64,000 nucleotides of DNA from a virus: positions 96,001 to 160,000 of the IMG/VR virus record IMGVR_UViG_3300028800_000002. The stretch is one strand, 5' to 3'. Numbering within the stretch: position 1 is the stretch's first letter; every line of letters begins with the position of its first letter. Shown in pieces: positions 8,886 through 19,219 of this stretch. Under the pieces are notes generated by a model that saw only the letters and a list, made by a program, of their open reading frames with translations, did not search any database and had not been told where the DNA came from. A program made the translations under genes and the position numbers.

Positions 8886-9596
8886 CTAGGCGGGTTCAAC
8901 TTCCCGCGGGTACAGATTTGAGATGACTGCGTCGGTGACTTCACTCTTGATGAAGATCTTGTTGGCCACCTTGTACCCATGCCTACCGAGAACGTAGAGA
9001 TAAGCCACGTTGCGCAGGTTCCTTCGTGCAGCATCGAGGCAGGCAAATGCAAAGTCCAGGTTGGCGTCAGTGGCTCGGGCCCGGTGCAGCATGATCTCAT
9101 TGGCTAGTTGCAGGAAGTACTCCCACGGGCTTTCATCAAGCGTGTGGCGCGCGAGCAAATCGAGGTAGGCCTCATCGATTGCGTTGATGACCGCTGCCCA
9201 TTCCATGATGGATCCTGTGCGCCAATCTTCAGGTGGTACACGTAGTTCTTCGCGCACGCGGGCATATAGGTCAAAGATGTCGTCTTCCCCAGTTCCAAGC
9301 TTGTAGTTTTGGATTCCCAAGAAGTGACAGATTTGATCTAGCTTGCTGCTGACGGTGCGGCTAAGTGCCTGCGCTTGGACTGCAAGCATAGCGACCGATG
9401 GCATGTCGAGCTTTTGCTCGCGCACATCGGCCAGCGCGTGCACTTCTTCCACCCGGTACCTGGGCTCGTTGTGCGAGTCACCCGGCGTAAGCGGGTAGAT
9501 GAATCCCCTTCGAACCAACCGGCGCAATTGCCGGCACGAAACGCTCAGGATTTCTGAGGCTTCGGTGTGGCTGATGCTGTTGTCTGGACTTCCCAT
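8886..9596 (-). CDS. MerR/excisionase-type HTH DNA-binding protein with helical C-terminal domain
   Basis: ISHTEASEILSVSCRQLRRLVRRGFI..PRYRVEEV. Confidence 0.75.
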   Translation of the reverse strand: MGSPDNSISHTEASEILSVSCRQLRRLVRRGFIYPLTPGDSHNEPRYRVEEVHALADVREQKLDMPSVAMLAVQAQALSRTVSSKLDQICHFLGIQNYKLGTGEDDIFDLYARVREELRVPPEDWRTGSIMEWAAVINAIDEAYLDLLARHTLDESPWEYFLQLANEIMLHRARATDANLDFAFACLDAARRNLRNVAYLYVLGRHGYKVANKIFIKSEVTDAVISNLYPREVEPA

Positions 9597-9660
9597 GGGC
9601 CGATTCAACGTGCTACTTCTATGGAACGATGTATTGTTGCAACGGAGAAAGGCCAACGCC

Positions 9661-10923
9661 ATGAATGACGCCCCCATGCAGACAATTCTTCAGCAACGGG
9701 ATGCTCGACCCGTTTCCGGGGAGCACTTGGAGGTTCTCGGCAAAGCTGCTGCGACAAGCTGGACCCTTGGTAAGCATGCCTCGCTGAATGACGCCATTGT
9801 GGACACCATTCGCGGGGAGCGCCTTTCCCCCGAGCAGGTCCGGCGCGTGGTGGAGTTCACCAACGGTGACGCTTACCTGCGTGAATTCCGTAAGGAAGGC
9901 GCTGTGCATCGGGTTGTGAACTTTGACTGCGGTCCCGCATCGCCATCTCAGGTGCTTCAGGATTTGAACGATGGAGGCGGGGGCACCATCTCAGATCGAG
10001 GAACATTGGACTACGCGATGACCCCATCTATGGCCAAGCGCGCATCCGCGGATCGTGACACAACCCCCTTGGAGAAGACAGCCAGCGTTGAGCCCGCGCA
10101 GAAGGAGGCTTCTCGTTACGAGGACCATCTGTGGGAGATGTTGGGCGGTAATCCCAAGGGATCGATGCCTTTTGCAGAACCTTTGCGCCCTCTTGAAGAC
10201 CTGAGGCACAAACTGGCGGGGGCGCGCGATGCGACAGCGTCAGAGCTCGATGGTCTTGAAGTGGACTATGCCGACGTGTGCGACCGGCTGCATGGCCACG
10301 TGAAGCAGGCGTCTCTCGATGGAACTTCCCTTGGAGATATCGTGCGGGCCTGGGCCACTGTGGAATCTGATCCGGTGTACGTGAAGGTAGCGTTCAGTAT
10401 GCTGACTCCCCGCTTTCAGCGTGAGCAGCTATTCCCCTCGTTGGATGCCATCGGAGCTTCGCTCGAGAAGCGCGCCATGCGCGGCGAGGTGAATCCTCAG
10501 CATGATTTGGTCACGACATATGCCGAGTTTGTCGATGTTTTGAACAAGCTGGCCTCCATGCGTGTGGCGCACGACGAGCTCTCCGCCGGCGCGGACACTA
10601 CGGAGTCCTTGCTGAAACAAGGGGGAGGTGTCCTTGGGGCAGCAAAAAAAGGCCTTTCGATGGCCAGCCACGGCATTGATGCCGCGTCAAAACCACTCGC
10701 CCACATCCTTGTGGGCCCGCGTGATGCCAAGAAACTAGCTCCGGTGTTGGCCACGGGAGGCAAAGCGGTTGGCCTGCTTGGCGCAGGACTTGCCGGGAAT
10801 GCAGCAGTGCAGAGTGTCACAGATCGCCCTGCTGTGCAGAACACGACACGGGCGATCAAGTCTGTGGTGCCAGGCACCGCCGAGTATCAAAACCGTCGAT
10901 ATCGTAATATGACAGGGCAGTAA
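9661..10923 (+). CDS. Putative head/core protein with K-x-A motifs and C-terminal glycine zipper
   Basis: GGAG RBS; KRAS, KTAS, KEAS, KQAS, KLAS, KHAS; C-terminal GGKAVGLLGAGLAG. Confidence 0.75.
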   Translation: MNDAPMQTILQQRDARPVSGEHLEVLGKAAATSWTLGKHASLNDAIVDTIRGERLSPEQVRRVVEFTNGDAYLREFRKEGAVHRVVNFDCGPASPSQVLQDLNDGGGGTISDRGTLDYAMTPSMAKRASADRDTTPLEKTASVEPAQKEASRYEDHLWEMLGGNPKGSMPFAEPLRPLEDLRHKLAGARDATASELDGLEVDYADVCDRLHGHVKQASLDGTSLGDIVRAWATVESDPVYVKVAFSMLTPRFQREQLFPSLDAIGASLEKRAMRGEVNPQHDLVTTYAEFVDVLNKLASMRVAHDELSAGADTTESLLKQGGGVLGAAKKGLSMASHGIDAASKPLAHILVGPRDAKKLAPVLATGGKAVGLLGAGLAGNAAVQSVTDRPAVQNTTRAIKSVVPGTAEYQNRRYRNMTGQ

Positions 10924-10925
10924 CC

Positions 10926-11486
10926 ATGGCGAATCCAGTCGAAGAGTTCCTCCTTGTGAAACAGGCGTTGGGTTTTAGGGAGGCGTTGACCTCTCCTACA
11001 GCGAAACGTCTTGGCGGTGCTGCCGGTTCCGCGTTAGCTGCGGGTGCGGGCGCTGCGGCTTTTGCCGGCGCCGTTGGCGCTACCGAGAAGTTGTACTTGG
11101 CGGCGACTAAGTCTCGAGATTTTCGGAAGATGATCGAGGCTAATCCAGACTTACGCGAGCATCAGTCGCAAGACTCGGCTGGGTTCAATCGGATGTTCAC
11201 CTCACTACGCACCTTTGCTCCTGACTTCACACGTGAGCCCATGGTCGCTGGTGCTTACATGCGTAACGCCATGCTCTCTGATGAAGAAAGCCGTGGAATG
11301 CTAGGAGTTCGAGCTCAAGGTGAACTTCGTCAGCAACGGCAAGGAGCCATTCCTGAGGCTGCAATGTCAGGCTTTCAGAAGAATTTGGATACGGGCAAGA
11401 AGCCCATTGGGCAGACAAAGCACGTGTACGATCCAGAGGGTGATGGCTGGAAGCGCACGGAAGACTCAGAGAGTCGTTACGCGTGA
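10926..11486 (+). CDS. Putative internal head protein, glycine-zipper type
   Basis: N-terminal EEFLLVKQA then LGGAAGSALAAGAGAAAFAGAVG. Confidence 0.7.
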   Translation: MANPVEEFLLVKQALGFREALTSPTAKRLGGAAGSALAAGAGAAAFAGAVGATEKLYLAATKSRDFRKMIEANPDLREHQSQDSAGFNRMFTSLRTFAPDFTREPMVAGAYMRNAMLSDEESRGMLGVRAQGELRQQRQGAIPEAAMSGFQKNLDTGKKPIGQTKHVYDPEGDGWKRTEDSESRYA

Positions 11487-11510
11487 CGCTGACTTCAGCA
11501 GCAATCTTCA

Positions 11511-11519
11511 TGGTATTGT
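11511..11519 (+). promoter_or_regulatory. Class-2 extended -10 (leaderless) promoter
   Basis: TG-G-TATTGT, 6 nt, GTG 11526; no RBS. Confidence 0.5.
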
Positions 11520-11525
11520 ATTGAT

Positions 11526-13274
11526 GTGATCAAGGTCAGCTTATTCCAAGGCAGCGAGGAGTATGGTCCTGCGGCGGTTCCACTGTTTGGAGCCGCCGAT
11601 TCATATTTCGAGAAGACTGCCTCCGCCACCTTGCTTCCTGAGGTCTCCAACTACATTGCGCAGTTGAGGCCGCGCAACGACTCCCAGTACGTGTTGGTCA
11701 ACGCCATGGGCGCCGGTGAGTACTACGGATCGAACATCAATGGAGACCGTTTCGCTGAGGCAGCCCTAATACATTCGCCGGACAACTGGAAGGGTGTGCC
11801 AGTCTTCGACAAAGCCATAGCTGCTCGCTGGGCGTATGGATTTCCTACGTTCTACCGTGCGCACGTGTTCCCTCATCATAGAAACAAGGACGCCGGCAAA
11901 GCCCTTGGCTTCGTGGAGCTGGCAGCGTGGAACAACCACATGAAGCGAGTCGAGCTCGTCACACGGCTCGATCAAGCGTTGTGCAGAAATTTCGGAGGGG
12001 ACAGTATTTGGGACAAGCTCAAGGCAGGGGATTTCCCCGATGTGAGCATGGGTACTAAGGTTCCATTTGACACTTGCTCAATCACGTTGGACCGTGAGTT
12101 GTACCAGCGCGCGTGGGACACTTACAACCCCAGGCGCCACAAGAGCCCTGGTGAGGCCATCCTAGAGTTCCACAAGAAGCTCAAGGAAAAGAACGGCATT
12201 GGCATTCGTGGCCTGAGCATCACGCGTAACGACTACTCAGATTACGCGCGCACACGGATGAATCACATCCTCCCCGACGGGCGCAAAGTCTGGGTGGACA
12301 ACGACTTTCCAGCGTTCTTCGACATCAGCTTCGTGTTCATTGGCGCGGACAAGATCGCCAAGGCGATGTTGAAGATTGCCGATGGTGGTCGTGTTTACAG
12401 CATTGGCTCCGCTGAGCTGGCAGAGAAACTTGGTGCAGTGGCTACGGAGGACATGCTTGAGAAGACTGCTCGTTTGCTCACGCGGTCTGATTTGGGTCTG
12501 CCCCCTCGCGAGAAAGAGGCGATGACCAAAGAGGTTGTGCCAAACCAACTCGCGGGTAAAGCCGTCCCGTTGTTGACCGCGCAGGAGCATGATCTTCCAG
12601 ATGAGGTGCTGCAGATGCTGGGCGCTGCCGGGCTGGATAAGGCCCTGACCACATCTGCCGGGCTTGGCATGGTGCTGCGTCCCCGCGAGTTCCAGCGGGT
12701 GACCCTCATCAGCATGGGGCAGTCAGATTTGGCGGAGCAGCTTGCCTCCATGGACCAACTGTTTCCCAAAGTTGAGGAAAAGTCCGATGTACCGATGGAC
12801 TCGGCTTCTTTTAGCCCCGTTTTGTCGCAGTTGTTGGCCCCTTTGATGGCGGACCGCTCGGCGTTTGGTCCGTTGATTGAGCACCGCGTGGTAATACTTG
12901 TAGGCGCCCCCGCCAAAAGTTCAAAGCCAAGTGCTTCCCATTCCTCGGAACTACTACGTAAGATTGGGGCAGCCTACAACGGTTATCGAGACAGCCTTAT
13001 GCAGTTTGTACCACAAGCGCAGGACTTGATTGAGTCAACAGCACCGCGTAGCGATGTCGTACTCCGCAAGATCGCTAGTGTGTCTGCTGCCGAACTCTTT
13101 ACCCCTTTGTCCTTCCGTTACATGTCGCAGGCGTTCCTCGATGAACTCCCTGTTGGAACTTCAGGACAAGGAGTGGTAAAGCAATCAAGCGACCAGGCTA
13201 TGGCCAGCGTGCAGAGGGCACTCCCCTTGGTGACCACGCGACTAAGTACACCACCAGTTACCACAGGAGTTTGA
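11526..13274 (+). CDS. Prohead (capsid maturation) serine protease
   Basis: NINGDRF, FPHHRNKD (His), DVSMG (Ser), FFDISFV: HK97/assemblin-type layout; upstream of scaffold-like and capsid genes. Confidence 0.8.
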   Translation: MIKVSLFQGSEEYGPAAVPLFGAADSYFEKTASATLLPEVSNYIAQLRPRNDSQYVLVNAMGAGEYYGSNINGDRFAEAALIHSPDNWKGVPVFDKAIAARWAYGFPTFYRAHVFPHHRNKDAGKALGFVELAAWNNHMKRVELVTRLDQALCRNFGGDSIWDKLKAGDFPDVSMGTKVPFDTCSITLDRELYQRAWDTYNPRRHKSPGEAILEFHKKLKEKNGIGIRGLSITRNDYSDYARTRMNHILPDGRKVWVDNDFPAFFDISFVFIGADKIAKAMLKIADGGRVYSIGSAELAEKLGAVATEDMLEKTARLLTRSDLGLPPREKEAMTKEVVPNQLAGKAVPLLTAQEHDLPDEVLQMLGAAGLDKALTTSAGLGMVLRPREFQRVTLISMGQSDLAEQLASMDQLFPKVEEKSDVPMDSASFSPVLSQLLAPLMADRSAFGPLIEHRVVILVGAPAKSSKPSASHSSELLRKIGAAYNGYRDSLMQFVPQAQDLIESTAPRSDVVLRKIASVSAAELFTPLSFRYMSQAFLDELPVGTSGQGVVKQSSDQAMASVQRALPLVTTRLSTPPVTTGV

Positions 13275-13278
13275 CCAC

Positions 13279-14082
13279 ATGTCGTCCATGAGCGCTCTAC
13301 TTGCAGATGTATTCCAAACCAAGACCGCTTCTGCTCACACCGAGGAAGACTTGGTAAAGCAGGCCGATTACGCATTCTTTGGCGCACTATGCCGTCAAGA
13401 AGGCATCGATGTTTCTGCCCTACCGGACGCCAAGGTAGAGGAACTGTTCAAGGTTGCCATGGAGATGAAGGCAGCCTCAGATCACGAGGAAACTGAAACT
13501 CCCAAGGAGGAGAAGATCGAGGAAGCTGCCAAGGAAAAGGCCAAGGAGAAGGAAGCTGCCGCGCGCGCCGAGTATCAAGAGAAGCGTGCTGCTGCCACCA
13601 AGGTCGCTGAGGCTGAGGCGATGGGCCGCATCATGGCGCACGCCTACGTCGATGAGATGAAGAAGATCGCGGAAGCTGCCGAAGAAGCCGAGAAGAACAA
13701 GGACGGCAAGTCTGGGTTCCCGTTCGGTAAGAAAGATGGCAAGAAGGACGACAAAGAGGAGAAGGAGAAGGAAGCTTCTGCTCGCGCCTCTGAGCTGATT
13801 GCTGCTTTTGAGCAGATGAAAACAGCCAGTGCTCCTGCCGCAGGCACCACCACGACCCCGAACTTCGATGAGTTCGCGGCCCTGCAGGCGATTGAACTGC
13901 TCAAGCAAGCCCAGGTCGATGAGGACGTCGCCTATGCTCGAGTCAATGCCGTGCGGACGCTGGGTCTGCCAGAGTCGACGAAGATGGCATCGGCTACGAG
14001 TGAGGCGAAGGCTCTCGAGTATCGCGCCCTTGAGATTTGTGACGCAGCCGGGTTCCAGGTTGACTGGACACAGGTCGCCTAA
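13279..14082 (+). CDS. Scaffolding-like protein
   Basis: Charged E/K/A coiled coil between protease and MCP; 7 K-x-A-[SA] motifs. Confidence 0.65.
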   Translation: MSSMSALLADVFQTKTASAHTEEDLVKQADYAFFGALCRQEGIDVSALPDAKVEELFKVAMEMKAASDHEETETPKEEKIEEAAKEKAKEKEAAARAEYQEKRAAATKVAEAEAMGRIMAHAYVDEMKKIAEAAEEAEKNKDGKSGFPFGKKDGKKDDKEEKEKEASARASELIAAFEQMKTASAPAAGTTTTPNFDEFAALQAIELLKQAQVDEDVAYARVNAVRTLGLPESTKMASATSEAKALEYRALEICDAAGFQVDWTQVA

Positions 14083-14113
14083 CCCACTGGGGATTTTTCG
14101 GAATAGGTAAAAG

Positions 14114-15727
14114 ATGTGCGCATGGGAGTACAAACCGCAGTTCAGGAAGACCGCAGACGCGGTCTCCGTGCCTATCGCCGATTCGACGGTAGGTGCAGCT
14201 GCGACTGCTCCCTTGCCGGAGTTGGCAGTGGGGAACAAGCCCGCGCCCGGTCTAACCGGTCCCAAAGGCTTGGCCCCACGCACCAACTACTCTCGCGTCA
14301 ATTCCGGATCACCACCGCCCGCGGATTTGGGCTCCACTTCTCAGAAGGGGCTGCCGACAGATCCGCAAGGATTTTTGCCACCTAAGGTTGCGCACTACGA
14401 GGTTCCTATGACCGCGATGACCCAACGATATACGATTCAGGACATGATCAAGGCAGCCGCCGCAGGCGCCTCGAGTCAGGTCTCAGTTGCCCTCGAAGGC
14501 ACGAGACAACTCGCCAACTCTGGCGAGAAAGTTGCTTCAGCTACTGCACTAACCCCCAATGGGGAAGAGTCCATTTCGACAGCCTACGTTGAGAAGCTGG
14601 CGGCAGCAGTTGATTACATCATTGAGCTCAGCAAGGAAGCTGAAGAGCCTGGACCCGGTACGGGCCCTAATCCCCTTCAGGTTCTCGAAGCCAAAGCTTC
14701 CAACAATGAGATCGAGGCAGGGCACACGGGAGAGGCAACTCCTGCCCATTTGATTCCTAAGAATCCTGGGTTGCAACGACCCAGCGGAAATGCGCAGGGG
14801 CCGGCGAATGCCCTTGATGACAATGCGTCGTCAATGCTCCCGGCATACCCTGTCAAGCTTAGTTCAGCGGATATTGAATGCCTGCGTAAAGCAGCGGCGG
14901 GAAATCCAGAAGGCCATCACATTCGTCGTGAGATTCTAGGAAACCCCATTTCTTCTGCCATCGAGGCTAAGAAGGGTAAGAAACTGGAGTCTGCAGGCAA
15001 AGCTTGGTGGCACGGGGCTAAGGAAGGTCTCAAAGGCCTTGGCGCTGGTGCAGCTGCAGGAGGCGCCATTGGTGCTGGTGTTGGGGCATTGAAGGGTGGA
15101 CGCGCCGGTGCTGCTCAGGGAGCTGTACACGGTTCGGTGCGGGGCGCGCAGATCGGTGGAGCCGTTGGTGCACTAAAAGGCCGGCACGATACCGAGGCAA
15201 GTCGCATCCATGGGGAGCACAGCAAGCACAAGGAAGCTTCGGCTTCTGACGGTCGCTTGGTAGACTACTTCCTGTCCATGACGAAAGCCGCGGAAGATGC
15301 CATCAACCCAGCAAAGATTTCAGCGGGCGCAGCAGTGCCCCCTGAGACCTCGGCATCGGGTGAATCAGGTGGTGCTCCTGTCGGTGGTCAACCGCAAGGA
15401 CCTGTTGGTTTGATTGGCTCAAATGACGCAGCCATCAACTTTCAGAAGCGTGAAGCTAAAGCGCCGGTGAAAACACAAATGGCTAGGATTCTTACTGAGC
15501 CAGCGCTTTCCGCCGCACATGATCACACACTCGACCAAGCCTTTGACAACACGGGCAAGGCCGGCGTGAAGATTTCATCGTCAGTTCGAGCTCTGTCAGC
15601 TCGAGCCGTCCTCGAGAAGATGGCTGAAGAGGCTTGCGCAACAACACCACCTAAGAAGAAGGTGGGCGCGGGCATGGGGAACTTTCAAGCACCTCCAGTC
15701 GGCGGCGTAGCCGGCGCTGCGTCGTAA
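14114..15727 (+). CDS. Scaffold/core-like protein with an inserted glycine-zipper cassette (possible second start ATG 14408)
   Basis: Low-complexity P/A/G protein with many K-x-A motifs; GAGG RBS before ATG 14408. Confidence 0.7.
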   Translation: MCAWEYKPQFRKTADAVSVPIADSTVGAAATAPLPELAVGNKPAPGLTGPKGLAPRTNYSRVNSGSPPPADLGSTSQKGLPTDPQGFLPPKVAHYEVPMTAMTQRYTIQDMIKAAAAGASSQVSVALEGTRQLANSGEKVASATALTPNGEESISTAYVEKLAAAVDYIIELSKEAEEPGPGTGPNPLQVLEAKASNNEIEAGHTGEATPAHLIPKNPGLQRPSGNAQGPANALDDNASSMLPAYPVKLSSADIECLRKAAAGNPEGHHIRREILGNPISSAIEAKKGKKLESAGKAWWHGAKEGLKGLGAGAAAGGAIGAGVGALKGGRAGAAQGAVHGSVRGAQIGGAVGALKGRHDTEASRIHGEHSKHKEASASDGRLVDYFLSMTKAAEDAINPAKISAGAAVPPETSASGESGGAPVGGQPQGPVGLIGSNDAAINFQKREAKAPVKTQMARILTEPALSAAHDHTLDQAFDNTGKAGVKISSSVRALSARAVLEKMAEEACATTPPKKKVGAGMGNFQAPPVGGVAGAAS

Positions 15728-15736
15728 TCGGAGACC

Positions 15737-16096
15737 ATGAACATGAAGAAGCTAAGTGCAGCTGATCAGCAGGCGGTCCTTGCGGAGGTCCCCGGTGCCT
15801 TGCGCAAAGTCGCTTTCGAGCGAGATTACTTCCGTGACATCGTTCTTGCGAACGCGTCGCGTCAAAGAATTGAGAAGATTGCTACCTCGATGATCGATAA
15901 AGGGATTCGAGACGGCAATGTTCAAACTGTGGCGGATGATTTGGAGAAGTCGGCGTCAGCCGGCTCCGTCAATATCGATGCCATTGAACAAGCTGTACAG
16001 CTTGTGGGCACGGACATGGGTAAGCAAGCCGCTGTGTCCGATGAGCTCTCTGGTTCCGCAGGGTCTAGCGACCTCGAGCGGTTTTTGCTTGGCTGA
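15737..16096 (+). CDS. Small scaffold-like head protein
   Basis: GGAG RBS; KVAF, KIAT, KSAS, KQAA; directly upstream of decoration and MCP genes. Confidence 0.7.
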   Translation: MNMKKLSAADQQAVLAEVPGALRKVAFERDYFRDIVLANASRQRIEKIATSMIDKGIRDGNVQTVADDLEKSASAGSVNIDAIEQAVQLVGTDMGKQAAVSDELSGSAGSSDLERFLLG

Positions 16097-16124
16097 CAGA
16101 GGCTGACAGGAGGAAAGTAGTAAG

Positions 16125-16652
16125 ATGTCGACGATTCAGAAAGTCAATTTTGAACCCGTCAGCGACATTCTGCCCATCTGGAGGAAAGACCTCCCGCTCG
16201 CAGACCAGTCGCTGGCATTGCCCGATAACGCGCTAGCCCTAGTGGATGGCGAATGGCTGACTATCGACACGAACTCAAAGTGGGTTCGAGGCGCGTCAGT
16301 CGCTGCTGCCGGCGTAGCTGCCACCGTTCGAAGCTTCATTTGCTTCAGTGAACGTGGGCGCTCTGACCGCATGGGCATGTCGGAAAAGAAGACCACGGCG
16401 TTGTTCCGCGGTGAATACGAGGGCGAGACTCGGGTCTTTGATGCCTCTGTCACTGTCGGCGCTGGCGCTGCACCCATCACGACCGTCCTGCAACCCCTCA
16501 AGGTTGCCTCGATCACGATTGGTTCACGTGTCTACTGCGGTCTTGTCGGCCATGGTGGGACGAACGACGCAAGCCCGGTCGTGGGCTATGTAACTCGGCT
16601 TCCAGGCAGCAACGGTGGTAAGCTCAGATTCATCTCGGGATACCGCAGCTAA
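16125..16652 (+). CDS. Capsid decoration/cement protein (putative)
   Basis: 175 aa beta-rich protein immediately before MCP, GGAGG RBS. Confidence 0.6.
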   Translation: MSTIQKVNFEPVSDILPIWRKDLPLADQSLALPDNALALVDGEWLTIDTNSKWVRGASVAAAGVAATVRSFICFSERGRSDRMGMSEKKTTALFRGEYEGETRVFDASVTVGAGAAPITTVLQPLKVASITIGSRVYCGLVGHGGTNDASPVVGYVTRLPGSNGGKLRFISGYRS

Positions 16653-16706
16653 CCGCTGGAATCCCCCTAGTAATCGAACCAAGAAAAAGTACAAAGGAGA
16701 TTATCC

Positions 16707-17822
16707 ATGTCGGTTTCGGCGAGCGTTCTAAACGAGCTTTTTGCTTCAAAACTCAGCACGAGTGAAGGCAAAGAGAAGATTGCCGAATACGGTGGTTCTT
16801 ACATTCGTGACCGCCTTCGTGAGGTGAGCTTTGCTCGCAAAGTTATCCCGCCGGAGCAGGTTACGCGTGCGGACTGCCAACGTTCGGTAAACCACGACAC
16901 CTTGGTCAAGGTTGTGGACATTGAGCCACAATCGCGCGCCATGGCGATTACATTCCGAGGGCAACCCAATGCTCGCTTCATTCGAGGCGACAGGGCTGAG
17001 ATTGCCTTCTTCACCATCAGCTCTGAGATGTTCCAGAAGACGGAACAGGAGCTCTTGGCTTACGAGATGCCCATCACCAAGGTCATCGAAGAGAACTCGG
17101 TGAAGGACATCCAGGAGATTGAGGATCGTGAATTCACGATCCACATCGAGGCTGCGGTTCAAGCGCTGCAGACTGAGGCCAATGGTGGGACGTCAGTGCC
17201 CCTCCATGTAGGCACCATCGGGTCAACGGTTGAGTTCTCCGTGCGCAAGGGCGAGCTTGCTCGTAATGCGTCCGGGAACACGGCAGAGGTTCTGCCGGTT
17301 CAGCGCCCCGACCTCATCAACCTCTTCAAGATGCTGGACGGCAACCGACTGCGTGCTGAGCGCATGCTCATGACCGAGGTCGATTGGGATGACATTCTGC
17401 AATGGACGGTGGAAGACTTCGGTGACCGCGTTCAGTCTGAGACTACGGTCGATGGCTACAAGTACAATACCCTCCTGGGGCATTCGTACATTCGTACCAT
17501 CAAGACCGACATTCTCCGGCCGGGCAACGTCTACATCTTCACCAAGCCCGAGTTCTTTGGCAAGTTTTACGTGTTGAACAACACGAAGTTCTACATCGAT
17601 AAGATTGCCAACACGATCACGTTCCAGGCCTGGGAAGATATCGGTATGTCGGTGCTCAACATTGCCGCAGTTCGAAAGCTCGAATTGTACTCGGGTGATG
17701 CGACGCTGGGCGATGCAGACGGTCTGCTCACCAACTTCATTCCGAAGGCGGAAGACGCTTTGGGCGCGGTCAACAACCGCGTTTCCGAAGGGCTCAAATT
17801 CCCGCAGGTTTCTCAGTTCTAA
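16707..17822 (+). CDS. Major capsid protein (HK97 fold)
   Basis: 371 aa; IRDRLREVSFARKVIPP..ITKVIEENSVKDIQEIEDREF; strong AAGGAG RBS, biased codons, followed by a terminator. Confidence 0.82.
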   Translation: MSVSASVLNELFASKLSTSEGKEKIAEYGGSYIRDRLREVSFARKVIPPEQVTRADCQRSVNHDTLVKVVDIEPQSRAMAITFRGQPNARFIRGDRAEIAFFTISSEMFQKTEQELLAYEMPITKVIEENSVKDIQEIEDREFTIHIEAAVQALQTEANGGTSVPLHVGTIGSTVEFSVRKGELARNASGNTAEVLPVQRPDLINLFKMLDGNRLRAERMLMTEVDWDDILQWTVEDFGDRVQSETTVDGYKYNTLLGHSYIRTIKTDILRPGNVYIFTKPEFFGKFYVLNNTKFYIDKIANTITFQAWEDIGMSVLNIAAVRKLELYSGDATLGDADGLLTNFIPKAEDALGAVNNRVSEGLKFPQVSQF

Positions 17823-17847
17823 GCTGTGCTGTAGCGCAGACACGCGG

Positions 17848-17884
17848 AAGGGCGTCGGTGCCGTGGGCCCGGCGCCCTTTCTTA
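17848..17884 (+). terminator. Intrinsic terminator after the MCP gene
   Basis: AAGGGCGTCGG / CCGGCGCCCTT 11-bp stem (one G-U) followed by TCTT. Confidence 0.7.
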
Positions 17885-17921
17885 GTTCTGGGAAAGTTGT
17901 ATGCTCGGTGTGGAGGTTCAG

Positions 17922-18851
17922 ATGGCAGATGTGGAAGAGAAGGAAGCCCCTCAAGATGATGTCGGCCTGTTGCAGCGCCCGTGCCTTGAGGAGTTCATAG
18001 CCAGCGGCTATGCGGCAGATCAATACGACATTTACTTCGGTGAGCACTACGGCCCTGGTTGGAGCAACCCTGCTTGGAAGCCTGTGGAGGAATCCGGGCA
18101 CAGGCCTTCAGACATGGGCGCGTTAGCCAAGCTTGTGGAGGACCTAGAGTTACCTCCGATATTTCATGTGCGGAGCCAAGTTCGGAAGGTGGCTACCAGG
18201 ACCCTACGGTCACAGCAACCCACCCGGCATCGGTTCAAGCAGTACCTGTTCAGTGATCCAAGCAAGCGGCTCACACGTGCGCGTCACGTGAATGTGACCG
18301 CGATTGAGCTGGTGCAGAACCTGGACGAGCTCATTGCCCACGAAGGAGTAGGACGTCTTTCTGTGCATACCCCTGATGGGCGCCGCTTGGATTTGGCGCA
18401 GTTGAAGCGCGGCCTGCCTGTCCTGAGCGCACCTGCGGTGACCCCTGCACTCTACAATCGTCGGCTCGATTCCATCGCGCACGACTTACCCTCTGGCATC
18501 CCAATGCCCACCTATATCGACGGAACTTTCCCTGGCGATCCTGCAGCGCAGCGTGCCATGGAACGTATTGCGGCAGAGAAGCGGCACGAGGCTGTGCGGC
18601 AAGGCGCTTCAGTGGAAGAGCCCGCCCCTGTGGAGCCAGTTGCATCTGAGCCTACAGTAGAGGAGCCAACGGCTCCCGTCGCTGAAGTACCTACGGAGGA
18701 ACCTTCAGTAGTCGAGGAGACGTCTGAAATCTCCGAGGTACCTGACACGCAGGATGATGTGGTTGCTGAGGAAGATCCCCCTTCTTCGCCAGCTGTCGAC
18801 CCAGCTGCCAGTCGCTCAAGTTCAACTACACGTAAGAGGCATCGACGCTAA
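17922..18851 (+). CDS. Hypothetical protein with acidic Pro/Glu-rich tail
   Basis: GGAGG RBS before ATG 17922; TG-TATGCT upstream. Confidence 0.7.
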   Translation: MADVEEKEAPQDDVGLLQRPCLEEFIASGYAADQYDIYFGEHYGPGWSNPAWKPVEESGHRPSDMGALAKLVEDLELPPIFHVRSQVRKVATRTLRSQQPTRHRFKQYLFSDPSKRLTRARHVNVTAIELVQNLDELIAHEGVGRLSVHTPDGRRLDLAQLKRGLPVLSAPAVTPALYNRRLDSIAHDLPSGIPMPTYIDGTFPGDPAAQRAMERIAAEKRHEAVRQGASVEEPAPVEPVASEPTVEEPTAPVAEVPTEEPSVVEETSEISEVPDTQDDVVAEEDPPSSPAVDPAASRSSSTTRKRHRR

Positions 18852-19219
18852 TGCGCGTATTCAATCTCACGGATGTTTCAACACCCACGTTAGTGCGCTA
18901 CGGTCTGCTCAATCAGCAGATTGTGGTGCATCGGCGTTCTGTGTCGCCCGGGGAGTATGTCGAAGTAGAGGATACGGTCGACATGCGCACCCGATTGGAG
19001 CACGTGCTGACGTTGGGGGCTGTTTCGATAGACCAACTTCCACCGGCTTATGCGCAGGCCCGTCAGCAACAACAAGCTACACAGCACAGCACCTTTGCTG
19101 GAATTCCAGTGCGCCACGTGGATCTACAGGAAACCAAGGTGGCCGGTACAATCAATCAGCCGCAGCCCTCTTCTGTGGATGCAGCCATAACCCCCATTAG
19201 GAGAAAGGGACGTCCATGA
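18851..19219 (+). CDS. Hypothetical protein
   Basis: TAATG coupling with upstream gene. Confidence 0.7.
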   Translation: MRVFNLTDVSTPTLVRYGLLNQQIVVHRRSVSPGEYVEVEDTVDMRTRLEHVLTLGAVSIDQLPPAYAQARQQQQATQHSTFAGIPVRHVDLQETKVAGTINQPQPSSVDAAITPIRRKGRP

